A stretch of 64,000 bases of DNA from an uncultured Bacteroidales bacterium. Its GTDB lineage: Bacteria > Bacteroidota > Bacteroidia > Bacteroidales > VadinHA17. This document shows positions 45,923-55,664 of the stretch, in pieces. The position numbers and the translations under genes were made by a program. Below the pieces are notes generated by a model. It worked only from the letters and a program-made list of their open reading frames with translations, searched no databases and was not told the DNA's origin. The stretch is taken from NCBI GenBank assembly GCA_963772705.1, contig CAVYYH010000011.1, forward strand, positions 322,384 to 386,383, in the 5' to 3' direction. The first letter of the stretch is position 1. Each line of letters opens with the position of its first letter.

Positions 45923-47659
45923 GTGCATTTCAGGGATATCCCGTTCCTGAGGCTTTATGCACCGTTGTGTGCTGGAGTGCTGGCAGCAGAGGCAGCGCCG
46001 GCCGCTGACACTGCTGCCTGGATATTATTGGCTGTCGCCGCGGCAGCCATGACCCTCAGGATGGCATATAAAGGCTACTTCACAGACCTGCTATACGGCT
46101 GTGCCGTCATCAGCTTTCTTATGGCCTCGGGATACCTGCTCCACACCTCAGGCAAGAGACGTATTACCACCCTTGAAGAGAGACGCGACACTTTTCTTGT
46201 CAGGGTGGCGGAATACCCGGAAAAAAAGAGCTCGAGCCATGCCTTCAGGGCAAAGATCATCAGTGCCGGAAAAGAGGGGAATGAATACCACCCGACAGGC
46301 TCGCTCCTGCTCTACTTCATCTCTGACACCGTCTCGCCGGAGTGGAAGCCCGGTGACAGGCTGCTCATCAGAACCACCCCCCGCCCTGTTAAGAATAACG
46401 GTAATCCATGCGAATTTGACTACCGCCGCTACCTGGAAGGTCAGGGGGTCAGATACCTCGCTTTTATCCGCAGCAGTGACGTCGTGGAATATCACCCCTC
46501 TGATGATCTCACCCTGAGGGAAAGATCACTGACAGCAGCCCGCAGGATGATCAATGCCTTCGAAAAGGCCGGACTTGAGGGTGAAGCGCTGGGTCTCGTC
46601 ACAGCGCTGACCATAGGCGACAAGGATCTTCTTGACAGGGAGCAGCTTACCTCTTTTTCAAGGGCCGGTGCAATGCATATCATGGCTGTCTCGGGAATGC
46701 ATGTCGGCATGATAAGCCTGGGGCTCTCCTGCCTCCTCTTCTTTATGCGGCGGAGACTCAGGATCGTCAGGGTACTCATAATAACAACCGCACTGTGGGG
46801 CTTTGCCTTCATCACGGGCATGTCACCGTCGGTGCTTCGGGCAACGATAATGTTCACCTTCCTCCAGGCAGGCACCCTGATGAACAGACCAGCCGCAGCG
46901 ATGAACAGCCTCCTGGCTTCAGCCTTCATCCTCACTGCAGCCAGGCCGGCAGTACTGTTCGAGGCGGGGTTCCAGCTCTCCTACCTGGCAGTGGCTTTCA
47001 TCTTGCTTTTCTATGACCCATTATACAGGGTCATTAAAGTCAGGAGCAGGCCTCTTGACTGGCTGTGGCAGATGACAGCCGTCTCACTTGTGGCACAGGC
47101 GGGCACACTGGCTCTCTCAGTCAGGCTGTTCAACATGTTTCCCCTCCTCTTCCTGGCAACGAACATTATCGTGATACCAGTCTCATTTGCGGTCATGGCG
47201 CTTGCATTTCTCCTTCTGATATTCTCGCCTTTCGGCCCTGTTGCATCATTCATCGCATCGCTGCTGAAAGTGCTCTCAAAGATGACACTGGGCTATACAG
47301 GCATGATAAGCTCAATGCACCACGGCGTCATCGAAAACATCGGGCTCACCTCTGCCGAAGCCATCCTTCTCACACTGTCAATTGCACTCCTTCTGACATC
47401 CCTGCTGCGGGTAGGGAAGATCACTCTGAAACCCTTCCTGGCCGCACTGGCTCTCTTTTTCGCCTTCGGTATCTTCAAAAACGTCACGGAGAGCCGGGAA
47501 CAGGCCGTTATTGTCTATAACATAAGAGGCCGGGAGATGAGAGCGCTGCAGCAGGGACGAAGGCTTTTCGTCCCTGCCGGCCAGGGAGAGCTGCCTGCCG
47601 AGGTCAAAAAACATGCTGCGGAGCGGGGACTAAAGATTGAGATTTTACAGCCGGGGTAA
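45923..47659 (+). CDS. ComEC/Rec2-family competence membrane protein (no C-terminal MBL domain)
   Basis: 578 aa, polytopic, with the competence-domain block FSRAGAMHIMAVSGMHVGM. GTG start. Confidence 0.85.
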   Translation: MHFRDIPFLRLYAPLCAGVLAAEAAPAADTAAWILLAVAAAAMTLRMAYKGYFTDLLYGCAVISFLMASGYLLHTSGKRRITTLEERRDTFLVRVAEYPEKKSSSHAFRAKIISAGKEGNEYHPTGSLLLYFISDTVSPEWKPGDRLLIRTTPRPVKNNGNPCEFDYRRYLEGQGVRYLAFIRSSDVVEYHPSDDLTLRERSLTAARRMINAFEKAGLEGEALGLVTALTIGDKDLLDREQLTSFSRAGAMHIMAVSGMHVGMISLGLSCLLFFMRRRLRIVRVLIITTALWGFAFITGMSPSVLRATIMFTFLQAGTLMNRPAAAMNSLLASAFILTAARPAVLFEAGFQLSYLAVAFILLFYDPLYRVIKVRSRPLDWLWQMTAVSLVAQAGTLALSVRLFNMFPLLFLATNIIVIPVSFAVMALAFLLLIFSPFGPVASFIASLLKVLSKMTLGYTGMISSMHHGVIENIGLTSAEAILLTLSIALLLTSLLRVGKITLKPFLAALALFFAFGIFKNVTESREQAVIVYNIRGREMRALQQGRRLFVPAGQGELPAEVKKHAAERGLKIEILQPG

Positions 47660-47673
47660 TGGTTCTTTTTATT

Positions 47674-47681
47674 TAACTTTG
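47674..47681 (+). promoter_or_regulatory. candidate -7 box TAacTTTG upstream of trkA
   Basis: Matches TAnnTTTG 21 nt upstream of ATG 47702. Confidence 0.4.
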
Positions 47682-47701
47682 TCCGGAATTAGTTTCAACC
47701 C

Positions 47702-49054
47702 ATGAGAATAGTAATTGCAGGTGCAGGAGAGGTGGGAACACATCTCGCAAAGATGCTTTCACAGAGCGAACATGACATAATACTCATAGACTCGGAAGAG
47801 GAGAGGCTTAAGCCTATAGATGCTGCCATCGACGTGCTCACCTTTGAGGGGTCGGCCACATCGCTCGGCATCCTCAGGGAGTCAATAAAGAAAAACACCG
47901 ACCTGTTCATCGCCGTAGCCCACTCTGAAGACACAAACATTACAGCAGCCATCCTCGCAAAGAAGCTGGGCGCCAGGAAGGTGATAGCCCGCATCGATAA
48001 TATGGAGTATCTGGAACACGGTAACCGTGAGTTCTTCAAGGATATGGGCATTGACCATCTCATATACCCGGAGCTTATCGCCGCGAAGGAGGTAATAAGC
48101 CTCCTCAAGGAGACAGGGACGACCGAGTTCATGGATTTTGCCGGCGGCAAGCTGTCACTGTACGTCCAGAAGCTTGAGAAGAACGCCCCCGTGCTCAACC
48201 TCAGTCTTGAGGAGGTCTCAACGACGCTCAGCTCAATACAGTACCGTGCCGTAGCCATCAAAAGGAATGACCGGACAATCATACCCCGCGGCAAGGAGGA
48301 GTTTCACGAGGGTGACCTGGCATATGTCATCTCCACCCGCGAAGGTATCGCCGAGATGATGAAGTTCTCAGGGAAGAAGAATGTGGAAGCACGCAGCGTG
48401 ATGGTGCTCGGGGGAAGCAGAATAGGAAGGCACGTAGCGCTGAATCTTCAGCATGACTGCCAGGTAAAACTTATCGACTACAACCTGGAAAAATGCCAGA
48501 CCCTTGCCGAGATGCTTGAGGAGACCCTTATCATCAACGGCGACGGGCGTAACAGGGATCTTCTCGCCGAAGAGGGGCTTCCAAATATGGATGCATTCGT
48601 TGCCGTGACCGGTAACTCCGAAACAAACATTCTTTCATGCCTCCTGGCAAAGAAGATGGGGGTGATGAAGACGATAGCAGAGGTGGAGAACATGGAATAT
48701 ATCAACCTCGCGGAGAACTCTGGCATAGACACAATCATAAACAAGAAGATCGCTACCGCAAGCCGTATCTTCCGCCATACGATGAACCCCAATGTCACAC
48801 AGGTGAAGATGATGACAGGGACAGATGCAGAGGTTCTTGAGTTTTTCGTCTCCGAGAACGCACGCATCACTGACGGTCCGCTCAGACTTATCGATTTTCC
48901 GAAAGACGCCATCATCGGCGGGGGTCTGCGTAACGGCGTTCCGTTCATCGCCACAGGCGACACTCACATCCAGTATGCAGACAAGGTCGTTGTCTTCACC
49001 CTGCCATCAGCATTCGAAAAGATAAACAGATTCTTTACCAGCGACAGAAAATAG
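47702..49054 (+). CDS. trkA: Trk system potassium uptake protein TrkA
   Basis: 450 aa with two RCK/NAD-binding repeats (IVIAGAGEVG, VMVLGGSRIG). Confidence 0.93.
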   Translation: MRIVIAGAGEVGTHLAKMLSQSEHDIILIDSEEERLKPIDAAIDVLTFEGSATSLGILRESIKKNTDLFIAVAHSEDTNITAAILAKKLGARKVIARIDNMEYLEHGNREFFKDMGIDHLIYPELIAAKEVISLLKETGTTEFMDFAGGKLSLYVQKLEKNAPVLNLSLEEVSTTLSSIQYRAVAIKRNDRTIIPRGKEEFHEGDLAYVISTREGIAEMMKFSGKKNVEARSVMVLGGSRIGRHVALNLQHDCQVKLIDYNLEKCQTLAEMLEETLIINGDGRNRDLLAEEGLPNMDAFVAVTGNSETNILSCLLAKKMGVMKTIAEVENMEYINLAENSGIDTIINKKIATASRIFRHTMNPNVTQVKMMTGTDAEVLEFFVSENARITDGPLRLIDFPKDAIIGGGLRNGVPFIATGDTHIQYADKVVVFTLPSAFEKINRFFTSDRK

Positions 49055-49089
49055 GGATCTTTCGGACAGGAGCAGAAGTGAAAGCCATT

Positions 49090-49118
49090 CGCAAATCGAC
49101 AAATCGCAAATCGCAAAT
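49090..49118. repeat. tandem heptamer array (cgcaaat)x4, one 8-nt variant
   Basis: cgcaaat cgacaaat cgcaaat cgcaaat. It ends 1 nt from the tsaC stop codon. Same unit and strand as the array at 23702-23729. Confidence 0.9.
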
Positions 49119-49119
49119 C

Positions 49120-49734
49120 CTAATACTCCAGCACTCCCTTCCCCTGCCTGAGAATGACAGGTTCGTCACCGGTACAGTCAACTACCGTTGAGGGCTCGTT
49201 GCCGCCGAAGCCGCCGTCAACAACCAGGTCGGCAAAGTCAAAATACTTCTCATGAATGAGCTCCGGATCAGTGATATATTCAATGATGTCATCATCCTCG
49301 TGGATCGAGGTGGTCATTAACGGCCTGCCAAGGTCACGCACGATCTCAAGTGTGATATCGTTGTCAGGGATGCGGATACCGAGAGTCTTTTTCTTATGCT
49401 TGAAGATGACCGGTATCTGGTTGTTCGCCGGCACGATGAAGGTAAACGGACCCGGCAGATTGTGTTTCAGAAGCCTGAACAGGTTATTGTCGTGGATGAC
49501 AGTGTATTCCGATAGCTGACTCATTGATGAGAATATCATTGACATGTCAGGGTTGCCCGGATTCAGCCCCTTGAACCTGGCGATCTTTTCAATCGTCTTG
49601 ACAGCCTTGATGTCACAGCCCATGGCGTAAATGGTGTCAGTCGGGTAGATGACAATACCGCCCTGTTCCAGCACCCAGGTAACTTTTCGGATCCGTTCAG
49701 GATTGGGGTTCTCGGGATAGATCTTTATTATCAT
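49120..49734 (-). CDS. tsaC: L-threonylcarbamoyladenylate synthase (TsaC/YrdC family)
   Basis: MIIKIYPENPNPERIRKVTWVLEQGGIVIYPTDTIYAMGCD is the YrdC-domain signature. The track ORF begins at an upstream TTG. Confidence 0.88.
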   Translation of the reverse strand: MIIKIYPENPNPERIRKVTWVLEQGGIVIYPTDTIYAMGCDIKAVKTIEKIARFKGLNPGNPDMSMIFSSMSQLSEYTVIHDNNLFRLLKHNLPGPFTFIVPANNQIPVIFKHKKKTLGIRIPDNDITLEIVRDLGRPLMTTSIHEDDDIIEYITDPELIHEKYFDFADLVVDGGFGGNEPSTVVDCTGDEPVILRQGKGVLEY

Positions 49735-49791
49735 CTCTCTTGAAAGTGACGGCAAATATATAAAGTTATATCGACAGGGGACAAAAAAAGA

Positions 49792-49890
49792 AGGGTAAGC
49801 TACTCACATCGCACCGCTACAACCTTTTACCCTTGCTGCCTTCCGACCCTGGGGGAGTTCAAAGGGAGCTGGTCGTATGAGACTTACCCC
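49792..49890 (-). ncRNA. ffs: signal recognition particle RNA (small bacterial 4.5S type)
   Basis: The minus strand reads ggggtaagtctc...cccccagggtcggaaggcagcaagggtaa...gagtagcttaccct. The conserved domain IV core (GGUCGGAAGGCAGCA) is closed by a long terminal helix. A TAccTTTG box sits just upstream at 49894-49901. Confidence 0.8.
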
Positions 49891-49893
49891 GCA

Positions 49894-49901
49894 CAAAGGT
49901 A
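49894..49901 (-). promoter_or_regulatory. candidate -7 box TAccTTTG for ffs
   Basis: The minus strand reads TACCTTTG a few nt upstream of the predicted SRP RNA 5' end. Confidence 0.5.
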
Positions 49902-49970
49902 AGAAATTTTATCTCCCGCCCAAAATAATAGTTCACCACTCCCCTTTTCGACAGATATTCTTAAATAGAC

Positions 49971-49978
49971 TATATTTG
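49971..49978 (+). promoter_or_regulatory. candidate -7 box TAtaTTTG upstream of the DUF4199-like/GT2 genes
   Basis: Matches TAnnTTTG 27 nt upstream of ATG 50005. Confidence 0.4.
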
Positions 49979-50004
49979 CTTTCATAACCAAATACCCTGC
50001 TAAA

Positions 50005-50548
50005 ATGGAAGAAAAAAGATCTGTCTGGAAAGAAACACTCAACTATGGAATCATACTCGGTTTGGTGGCCGTTGTCTTTTCTGTGCTGACTTATATGCTT
50101 GACCTCACATTCAAGACATGGATCATGTGGCCCAGTCTGCTGATAAGCATTCTTGTGCTCTTTCTGCTTCTCCGCTCATACCGTGATCACTACAACAACG
50201 GATATATAACATACGGCAAGTCTGTCGGTGCAGGTGTGGTGATCAATGTCTATGCCGCCATTATTACCGCATTATATATTTATGTGCTCTATGCTTTTAT
50301 TGATCCGGGCCTCGTTGACCAGCAGATGGCTATGGCAGAGGAAAAGATGATCGAAAAGGGTATCCCGGAATCGGCCATCGATGCCGGGCTGGCAGTTCAG
50401 GCCAAGCTGATGAAGCCGTGGCTCACGTCACTCATGACTGTCAATATATGGCGTCTTCTTCGGCCTCATAATATCACTGCTGGTTTCATTGTTCATAGTA
50501 AAGAAGGGTAATCCTCTGCTTGATGAAGAGGAACCAGCCAAGGAATAA
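50005..50548 (+). pseudogene. DUF4199-like small membrane protein, apparent +1 frameshift near 50438-50450
   Basis: The track ORF ends ...TVNIWRLLRPHNITAGFIVHSKEG*. The +1 frame gives a plausible last TM helix and tail (LSIYGVFFGLIISLLVSLFIVKKGNPLLDEEEPAKE*), with its TAA overlapping the ATG of the next gene (TAATG). Confidence 0.6.
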
Positions 50549-51504
50549 TGGATCTTAGCGTAGTTGTACCGGCTTATAATGAAGCTGATTCACTGCCGGA
50601 GCTGGCAGAATGGATCAGGAATGTATGCTCTTCATCATCCATTGACTACGAGATCATAGTAATTGATGACGGCAGCAACGACAACACATGGAAGGTGCTG
50701 CAGGAGCTCTCTTTGAAGGATAAGAATGTAAGAGCCGTCAGGTTCCGCAGGAACTACGGCAAGGCGGCGGCGCTGCAGACCGGCTTCAGCGAAGCATCGG
50801 GCGATGTGGTCATTACCATGGATGCCGACCTGCAGGATAGCCCTGACGAGATACCCGAACTGGTGAAAATGATAAGGGAGGAGGGTTATCACATCGTTTC
50901 AGGATGGAAGAAAAAGAGATATGATCCGTTAATAAAGAGAACCACATCAAAATTCTACAACCTCACCGCCCGCAGATTTTCAGGTATCAGGCTGCATGAC
51001 TTCAACTGCGGACTGAAGGCCTATGATGCCGAGGTGGTAAAAAGCATAGAGGTGTTCGGCGAGATGCACCGTTATATCCCGATGCTTGCCAGGGAGGCCG
51101 GATTCAGCAGGATAGGCGAAAAGGTAGTACAGCACAGGGCACGCAAATACGGCGTCACAAAATACGGTCTCGACCGTTTCCTGAAGGGTTACCTTGACCT
51201 TCTGACTATTGGCTTTATCACCCGGTTCGGTAAGAGCCCCATGCATTTCTTCGGTATGCTTGGCACGCTTATGTTCATGACAGGGTTCATTATGGCCGGT
51301 TACCTGGGTGCACGCAAACTGATATTCATCAATCAGCATCTCAGGGCACCGCTGGTGACTGACAGTCCGTGGTTTTATATTGCCCTTGCAGTGATGATCA
51401 TCGGTTCCTTCCTCTTCCTTACTGGATTCCTTGCCGAGCTGGTGAACAGAAGATCATCGGAAAGAAACAGGTACCTCATTCGGGAAAAGCTGAATTTGTT
51501 GTAA
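50548..51504 (+). CDS. family 2 glycosyltransferase (polyprenol-phosphate sugar synthase-like)
   Basis: 318 aa with VVVPAYNEA, IVIDDGSND and MDADLQD motifs plus C-terminal TM helices. Confidence 0.9.
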   Translation: MDLSVVVPAYNEADSLPELAEWIRNVCSSSSIDYEIIVIDDGSNDNTWKVLQELSLKDKNVRAVRFRRNYGKAAALQTGFSEASGDVVITMDADLQDSPDEIPELVKMIREEGYHIVSGWKKKRYDPLIKRTTSKFYNLTARRFSGIRLHDFNCGLKAYDAEVVKSIEVFGEMHRYIPMLAREAGFSRIGEKVVQHRARKYGVTKYGLDRFLKGYLDLLTIGFITRFGKSPMHFFGMLGTLMFMTGFIMAGYLGARKLIFINQHLRAPLVTDSPWFYIALAVMIIGSFLFLTGFLAELVNRRSSERNRYLIREKLNLL

Positions 51505-51515
51505 TCAATTCAGAG

Positions 51516-51575
51516 GTGAATCAGTAAGCGGTAATCAGTAATCAAGTCCGAATACCGAATACTGAATACCGTTAC
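51516..51575. repeat. two adjacent heptamer arrays: (gtaatca)-type x4 and (ccgaata)x3-4
   Basis: 51516-51544 gtgaatca gtaagcg gtaatca gtaatca; 51548-51575 ccgaata ccgaata ctgaata ccgttac. Confidence 0.85.
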
Positions 51576-51607
51576 CCTTTAACCTTAATAGCTCTTGATG
51601 CTCGAGT

Positions 51608-52753
51608 CTACCTGTGCCTCTGCGTCTCTCTCGTCAGCACCCGGATAGCTTCGGTGAGCTTATCCCATGAGTAGAGTTTCTTCTGATCCTCAATTCCTTC
51701 CCTGAACCGCTCTTCGTCGCCACCCCTGAAGAAATCGGTTATGGCCTCCGCGATGGCGCCGGGCTCAGGTGCAACAACATATCCGCACTTGCCGTCAGGG
51801 ACTATCTCAGCAAGGCCTCCCACATCCGTAACAATCATAGGTTTGTTAAAGTGGTATGCCACCTGGGTTACCCCGCTCTGCGTGGCTGACCTGTATGGCT
51901 GCACCACCACCGAGGCTGCTGAAAAATAATACCTCACCTCCTCCCTTTTGATGAAATGAGAGTGCAGTATTATCCGTGAGCCCAGGTTATGTTTATGTAT
52001 AAGGTCGAAGTATGGCTTTTCATCTTCATAAAACTCCCCGGCAATAATCAGTTTCACACCCAGATCCCTGACAGCCTGGTCAGCCATGGCCTCCAGCAGC
52101 AGGTCGAGCCCTTTGTACTCCCTGATAAAACCGAAGAAGAGGATGAACTTCTCAGCCGGGCATAGGTTCAGCCGTACTATTGCTTCGGCCCGCGTCACCG
52201 GCTCGCTGTAGTTGTCAAAGAGCGGGTGGGGCGATATGATGCACGGTATTTTCTTATTGAACTGCCGCAGATCAGCCTCGACAGCCCTTGTCATAACCAG
52301 CGCCCCATGGATGCTGTTGATGAAAAACTTCGTCAGCAGCCTGTCGCCTGTTCTTTTTTCATGCGGGATGACATTGTCAAAGATGGTTATGACGCGTGTA
52401 TAACCGTTGCTTCGTACTATTCGCGAGATAAAGCCCAGTGACGGAGCCAGAAATGGAAGCCAGTACCTCATGATGACCAGGTCAGGCCTTATCCTCCGCA
52501 GACGCAGTCCCGTACGGAACCAGTTCAGGGGATTGACAGAGTTGATGGCGCGTGTGATGCTGATACCCTCGGGAGCGTAGCCGTCTTCATACTGGGTCTT
52601 GCCCGGGAACAGCAGCTGAGGGTACTGAAGCTTGAACGTGTAAATGGCTGCCGCATCCCCTTCCTGAAGGAGTTGCTGCGCCAGCCTCTCGTTATATGCT
52701 GCTATGCCCCCGCGATAGGGATGCGCCGGACCGCAGATGACTATACGCATCAT
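51608..52753 (-). CDS. GT4-family (GT-B fold) glycosyltransferase
   Basis: 381 aa with a C-terminal GT1/GT4 sugar-donor-binding region (SGVTQVAYHFNKPMIVTDVGGLAEIV). Confidence 0.85.
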   Translation of the reverse strand: MMRIVICGPAHPYRGGIAAYNERLAQQLLQEGDAAAIYTFKLQYPQLLFPGKTQYEDGYAPEGISITRAINSVNPLNWFRTGLRLRRIRPDLVIMRYWLPFLAPSLGFISRIVRSNGYTRVITIFDNVIPHEKRTGDRLLTKFFINSIHGALVMTRAVEADLRQFNKKIPCIISPHPLFDNYSEPVTRAEAIVRLNLCPAEKFILFFGFIREYKGLDLLLEAMADQAVRDLGVKLIIAGEFYEDEKPYFDLIHKHNLGSRIILHSHFIKREEVRYYFSAASVVVQPYRSATQSGVTQVAYHFNKPMIVTDVGGLAEIVPDGKCGYVVAPEPGAIAEAITDFFRGGDEERFREGIEDQKKLYSWDKLTEAIRVLTRETQRHR

Positions 52754-53985
52754 AACGGCTCATCTTTAGGGTATACCCACTCACTGAGATACCTGTACTG
52801 GGGCATCAGTCCTTCATCACCTGTTATGGTTGCACGAAGAATCATAGATGATGAGTTATCGATGAACAGATCGTTCAGGACATGATCCATCAGCTGCCTG
52901 CCAAAGTCGCTTGAGGCATCACGTGGCAGCTCGCCGGGGAGATTATCAATTGACATAACGGTGATATTCTCAGGCCTGACAAAGGGCTCTTCCTCGCAAT
53001 GATGCGTACGGTTATATCCGTAAAACGGATCTGCGATGCTTGTGGCCCTGATGGTGGTGGGTATCGGCCCACCGAGATCACAGCTTATGTCGGCTATTAC
53101 CGATATGCGGAATTCAGGTTTCTCAACGTCTTCAGGGGTGAAGAAAACAGGTGATGCCGGGTCCCAGTAATGAGCTGCGATAAGGATATCTGTCACCCTG
53201 GTGAACCTGAGGAAGTCAGATACATAGTCGCCCGGATTATAAACAAAATTATTGAAGTCGAACGGTCTGCCGTCACTGTGTTTTACATAATGCTGCGGCC
53301 CTATCTGGCATACGACGGGCACATCATACTCTTTTGTAAGGAATTCTTCCGGGGTAACCTTGAGAAGGTTGCTGCAGTGTGACAGCGTCTCCATCGCACC
53401 GGATGCCACCCGTCCTTCGCCGGTGACAAGTATCTTCAGCCCGGGCTTGAGCTGTATCAGATGGAGGCCGGCACACATCTCTGCCATGTCACGGCACTGG
53501 AATGCCGGCTTAAGCCTGAACCTGTTTGTCTTTATGCCGCGTGCCCGCAGGGCATTGTATGCCCCCACGATACCTGCCCAGCGACCGAAGGCAACCACCC
53601 TCTGTCCCTTGTCTGTGGTGAGGTATTCATAATCAATAAGCCTTACCCTGTGCCTCAGTATCTCGCGGAGCATCTCGCGGTTGTAAGACTGCTTCTTTGC
53701 CACATGGGCAAAGAAGAGGTATGTCTTTCCTTCTATAAAGAGTCTCTTGTCAACCTCCTTCACTCCCATAAGTATGTCGCAGTTGCTCAGATCCTCACGC
53801 ATAGGTATCATGAGATACTCATACTCATCGTCGGTATAGCACCTGATGTCAGAGGGTTGTACGAAGAACTCCACGAACGGATATTTCTCTCTCAGTTCCA
53901 CAATCTGTGCCGGGGTGAGGGGTACCCTCCTGTCAGGCGGGATCTTTGTCTCGCGAAGTATGCCCACCTTCACTTTCTTTTCCAT
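52750..53985 (-). CDS. NAD(P)-dependent oxidoreductase with an alanine dehydrogenase/PNT-type N-terminal domain (saccharopine/lysine-ketoglutarate reductase-like)
   Basis: 411 aa. VGILRETKIPPDRRVPLTPAQI...ILMGVKEV...FFAHVAKKQ is the typical AlaDH/PNT N-terminal pattern. Confidence 0.65.
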   Translation of the reverse strand: MEKKVKVGILRETKIPPDRRVPLTPAQIVELREKYPFVEFFVQPSDIRCYTDDEYEYLMIPMREDLSNCDILMGVKEVDKRLFIEGKTYLFFAHVAKKQSYNREMLREILRHRVRLIDYEYLTTDKGQRVVAFGRWAGIVGAYNALRARGIKTNRFRLKPAFQCRDMAEMCAGLHLIQLKPGLKILVTGEGRVASGAMETLSHCSNLLKVTPEEFLTKEYDVPVVCQIGPQHYVKHSDGRPFDFNNFVYNPGDYVSDFLRFTRVTDILIAAHYWDPASPVFFTPEDVEKPEFRISVIADISCDLGGPIPTTIRATSIADPFYGYNRTHHCEEEPFVRPENITVMSIDNLPGELPRDASSDFGRQLMDHVLNDLFIDNSSSMILRATITGDEGLMPQYRYLSEWVYPKDEPL

Positions 53986-54069
53986 TTCAGCAACTTTGAG
54001 GTATGCTGTGAAGATAAGAATTCGGCCCGGTTTTTGTAAATATATTTATCATATAACCGCAATTATATG

Positions 54070-54077
54070 TACTTTTG
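54070..54077 (+). promoter_or_regulatory. candidate -7 box TActTTTG for ssrA
   Basis: Matches TAnnTTTG 21 nt upstream of the tmRNA 5' end. Confidence 0.5.
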
Positions 54078-54097
54078 CGGTGTAATTGACATATCAA

Positions 54098-54491
54098 GGG
54101 GCTGACCTGGTTTTGACAGCAAGCCGCGGTGGTATGTAAGCATGCAGAGGGTGGTGGCGCTACTCTATAACCTGTGCCACAAAACAATAACTGGCGAAAA
54201 TAACTACGCTCTTGCTGCGTAACCGAACCAAGTAGGTTAAGCTTAACCCCGGCACCAGGTGTTGGGGCGAGACGTTTCCCGGGCGGTGATGCCCTGTACC
54301 AACCCGATAAGGAAGCGCACGCAATTCAGGGATAGCCCGACGGCCTCTCCGTCCCGAAGGTGAAATCAAAGGAGATACGGTGTGATTCGGCTGTCTGCCA
54401 CCTGGTCACTCCCGACAATCAAGGCAGGATAAGCATGTAGAAAGCATATGGTCGCCTTGCCTGGACGCGGGTTCGACTCCCGCCAGCTCCA
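54098..54491 (+). ncRNA. ssrA: transfer-messenger RNA (tmRNA)
   Basis: 5' GGGGCTGA pairs with 3' CAGCTCCA, and the T arm is GGGTTCGACTCCC. The internal tag ORF at 54193-54222 (ggc gaa aat aac tac gct ctt gct gcg taa) encodes GENNYALAA*, the Bacteroidota-type degradation tag. Confidence 0.95.
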
Positions 54492-54511
54492 CGATCAAGC
54501 ACAAAACAACC

Positions 54512-54530
54512 ACCCCCGAAGGGGGTTTTT
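54512..54530 (+). terminator. short GC hairpin plus T5 downstream of ssrA
   Basis: acccccgaagggggt followed by tttt. Confidence 0.5.
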
Positions 54531-54583
54531 GCTTTGAGGAAACCGTTGAAAACTTGTTTTCAAAAGGCTTCCAAAAAGCAAAA

Positions 54584-54795
54584 AAACCATGCGCAGCATG
54601 GTGGTTGTTTTGTATTTGAAGGACCGGAGCTAAGGGAGAGTGAGTCACGACTTGTCGGGACGAACACCCCCGCCTAAATGTGGAAACACCTATTTGCAGG
54701 ACCGGAGCTAAGGGGGTGTCAGCCCGCCAGCTGGCGGGCTGACACCCCCACCTATGGCTGGCGGACAAACACCCCCGATAACCCTACAAAGAACT
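54584..54795. repeat. repeat element copy A: conserved 29-nt core followed by GC-rich hairpin modules
   Basis: The core atgcgcagcatggtggttgttttgtattt (54589-54617) is identical to 57296-57324. The interior has agctaaggg motifs at two sites, a 38-nt perfect palindrome at 54712-54749 and three acaccccc motifs. It ends in aaagaact. Confidence 0.8.
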
Positions 54796-54975
54796 CTAAA
54801 TTATGTAGTCAGAGGCCTTTTCTTATAACTCTCTAAGACAGGTATTATGATCGCTTCCGCTACTCAACACAACACAAGCTTGCATATATTCCCCCGCATG
54901 ATCTTTGATAGCAGAGCTCACAAGATTTGATAAAAGAAATCGAGACATAATAAAAGAACTAAAAGTATACTGAAA

Positions 54976-55203
54976 TCATGCTTTTAATGAAAGAATGTAT
55001 TTTACTAAAAGCGATACTGCACCAAAGACCAAAAAAATATCAAGATAAACGGCAAGTTTCAGCACACCGAAAATTCCATAAAACAGTCCAAAGACAATAA
55101 AGGTCAGGGTTAAAGACTGAGAGCCGAATCCATTATAGAGCAGTAAAAATCCGATAAGAATTGATAACGTCGGGCAAGGGATAAGTCCTGACAGGGGATG
55201 CAT
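54976..55203 (-). CDS. hypothetical small membrane protein (possibly the tail of a split gene with 55229-55585)
   Basis: 75 aa with two predicted TM helices, in an AT-rich context. Confidence 0.35.
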   Translation of the reverse strand: MHPLSGLIPCPTLSILIGFLLLYNGFGSQSLTLTFIVFGLFYGIFGVLKLAVYLDIFLVFGAVSLLVKYILSLKA

Positions 55204-55228
55204 AAAGGTATTTTAAGAACGAGTCAGT

Positions 55229-55585
55229 CTAAATGAAATGTGGATAAACAAGACCAAAAACAATCATCAGGATTCCGATGACCATAAAAATAATTTGAGA
55301 GGTCTGAACTGGTTGACTGGATGCCCTGAGACCAAAAATGATTATAAGAACTGCCAGAATTGAAAATAGTATCCCGTTAAATGGGTTTCCTGACAAAAAT
55401 GCCAGTACAGCAACGGAGAGTATGGGGACACAGATTAATAGTCCAAATAACCTGTTAGTCGGCAGCCATTTGAAAATTAATGCAGCAATTAATGCATAAA
55501 ATATTATATGCCAGATAATGGCAATCGTTGAATAATCGTTCACGATTTTTTGTAGTCCGTCAAGTATTTCCTCAGTTTTCGGCAT
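55229..55585 (-). CDS. hypothetical membrane protein
   Basis: 118 aa with 3-4 hydrophobic helices. I do not recognise a family. Confidence 0.45.
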   Translation of the reverse strand: MPKTEEILDGLQKIVNDYSTIAIIWHIIFYALIAALIFKWLPTNRLFGLLICVPILSVAVLAFLSGNPFNGILFSILAVLIIIFGLRASSQPVQTSQIIFMVIGILMIVFGLVYPHFI

Positions 55586-55664
55586 TTCAATAGATTTATT
55601 CGGTGATTATTTTAATATAAATAAGTGATAGAATAATCAATTACTTTATGACTTGGCCAATTTA

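Noticed and set aside
54406-54768. 120-aa minus-strand ORF.
   Set aside because: It overlaps the 3' part of ssrA and the GC-rich hairpin repeat, and its peptide has repeat-derived duplicated segments (SPLAPVLQI twice). It is not a gene.
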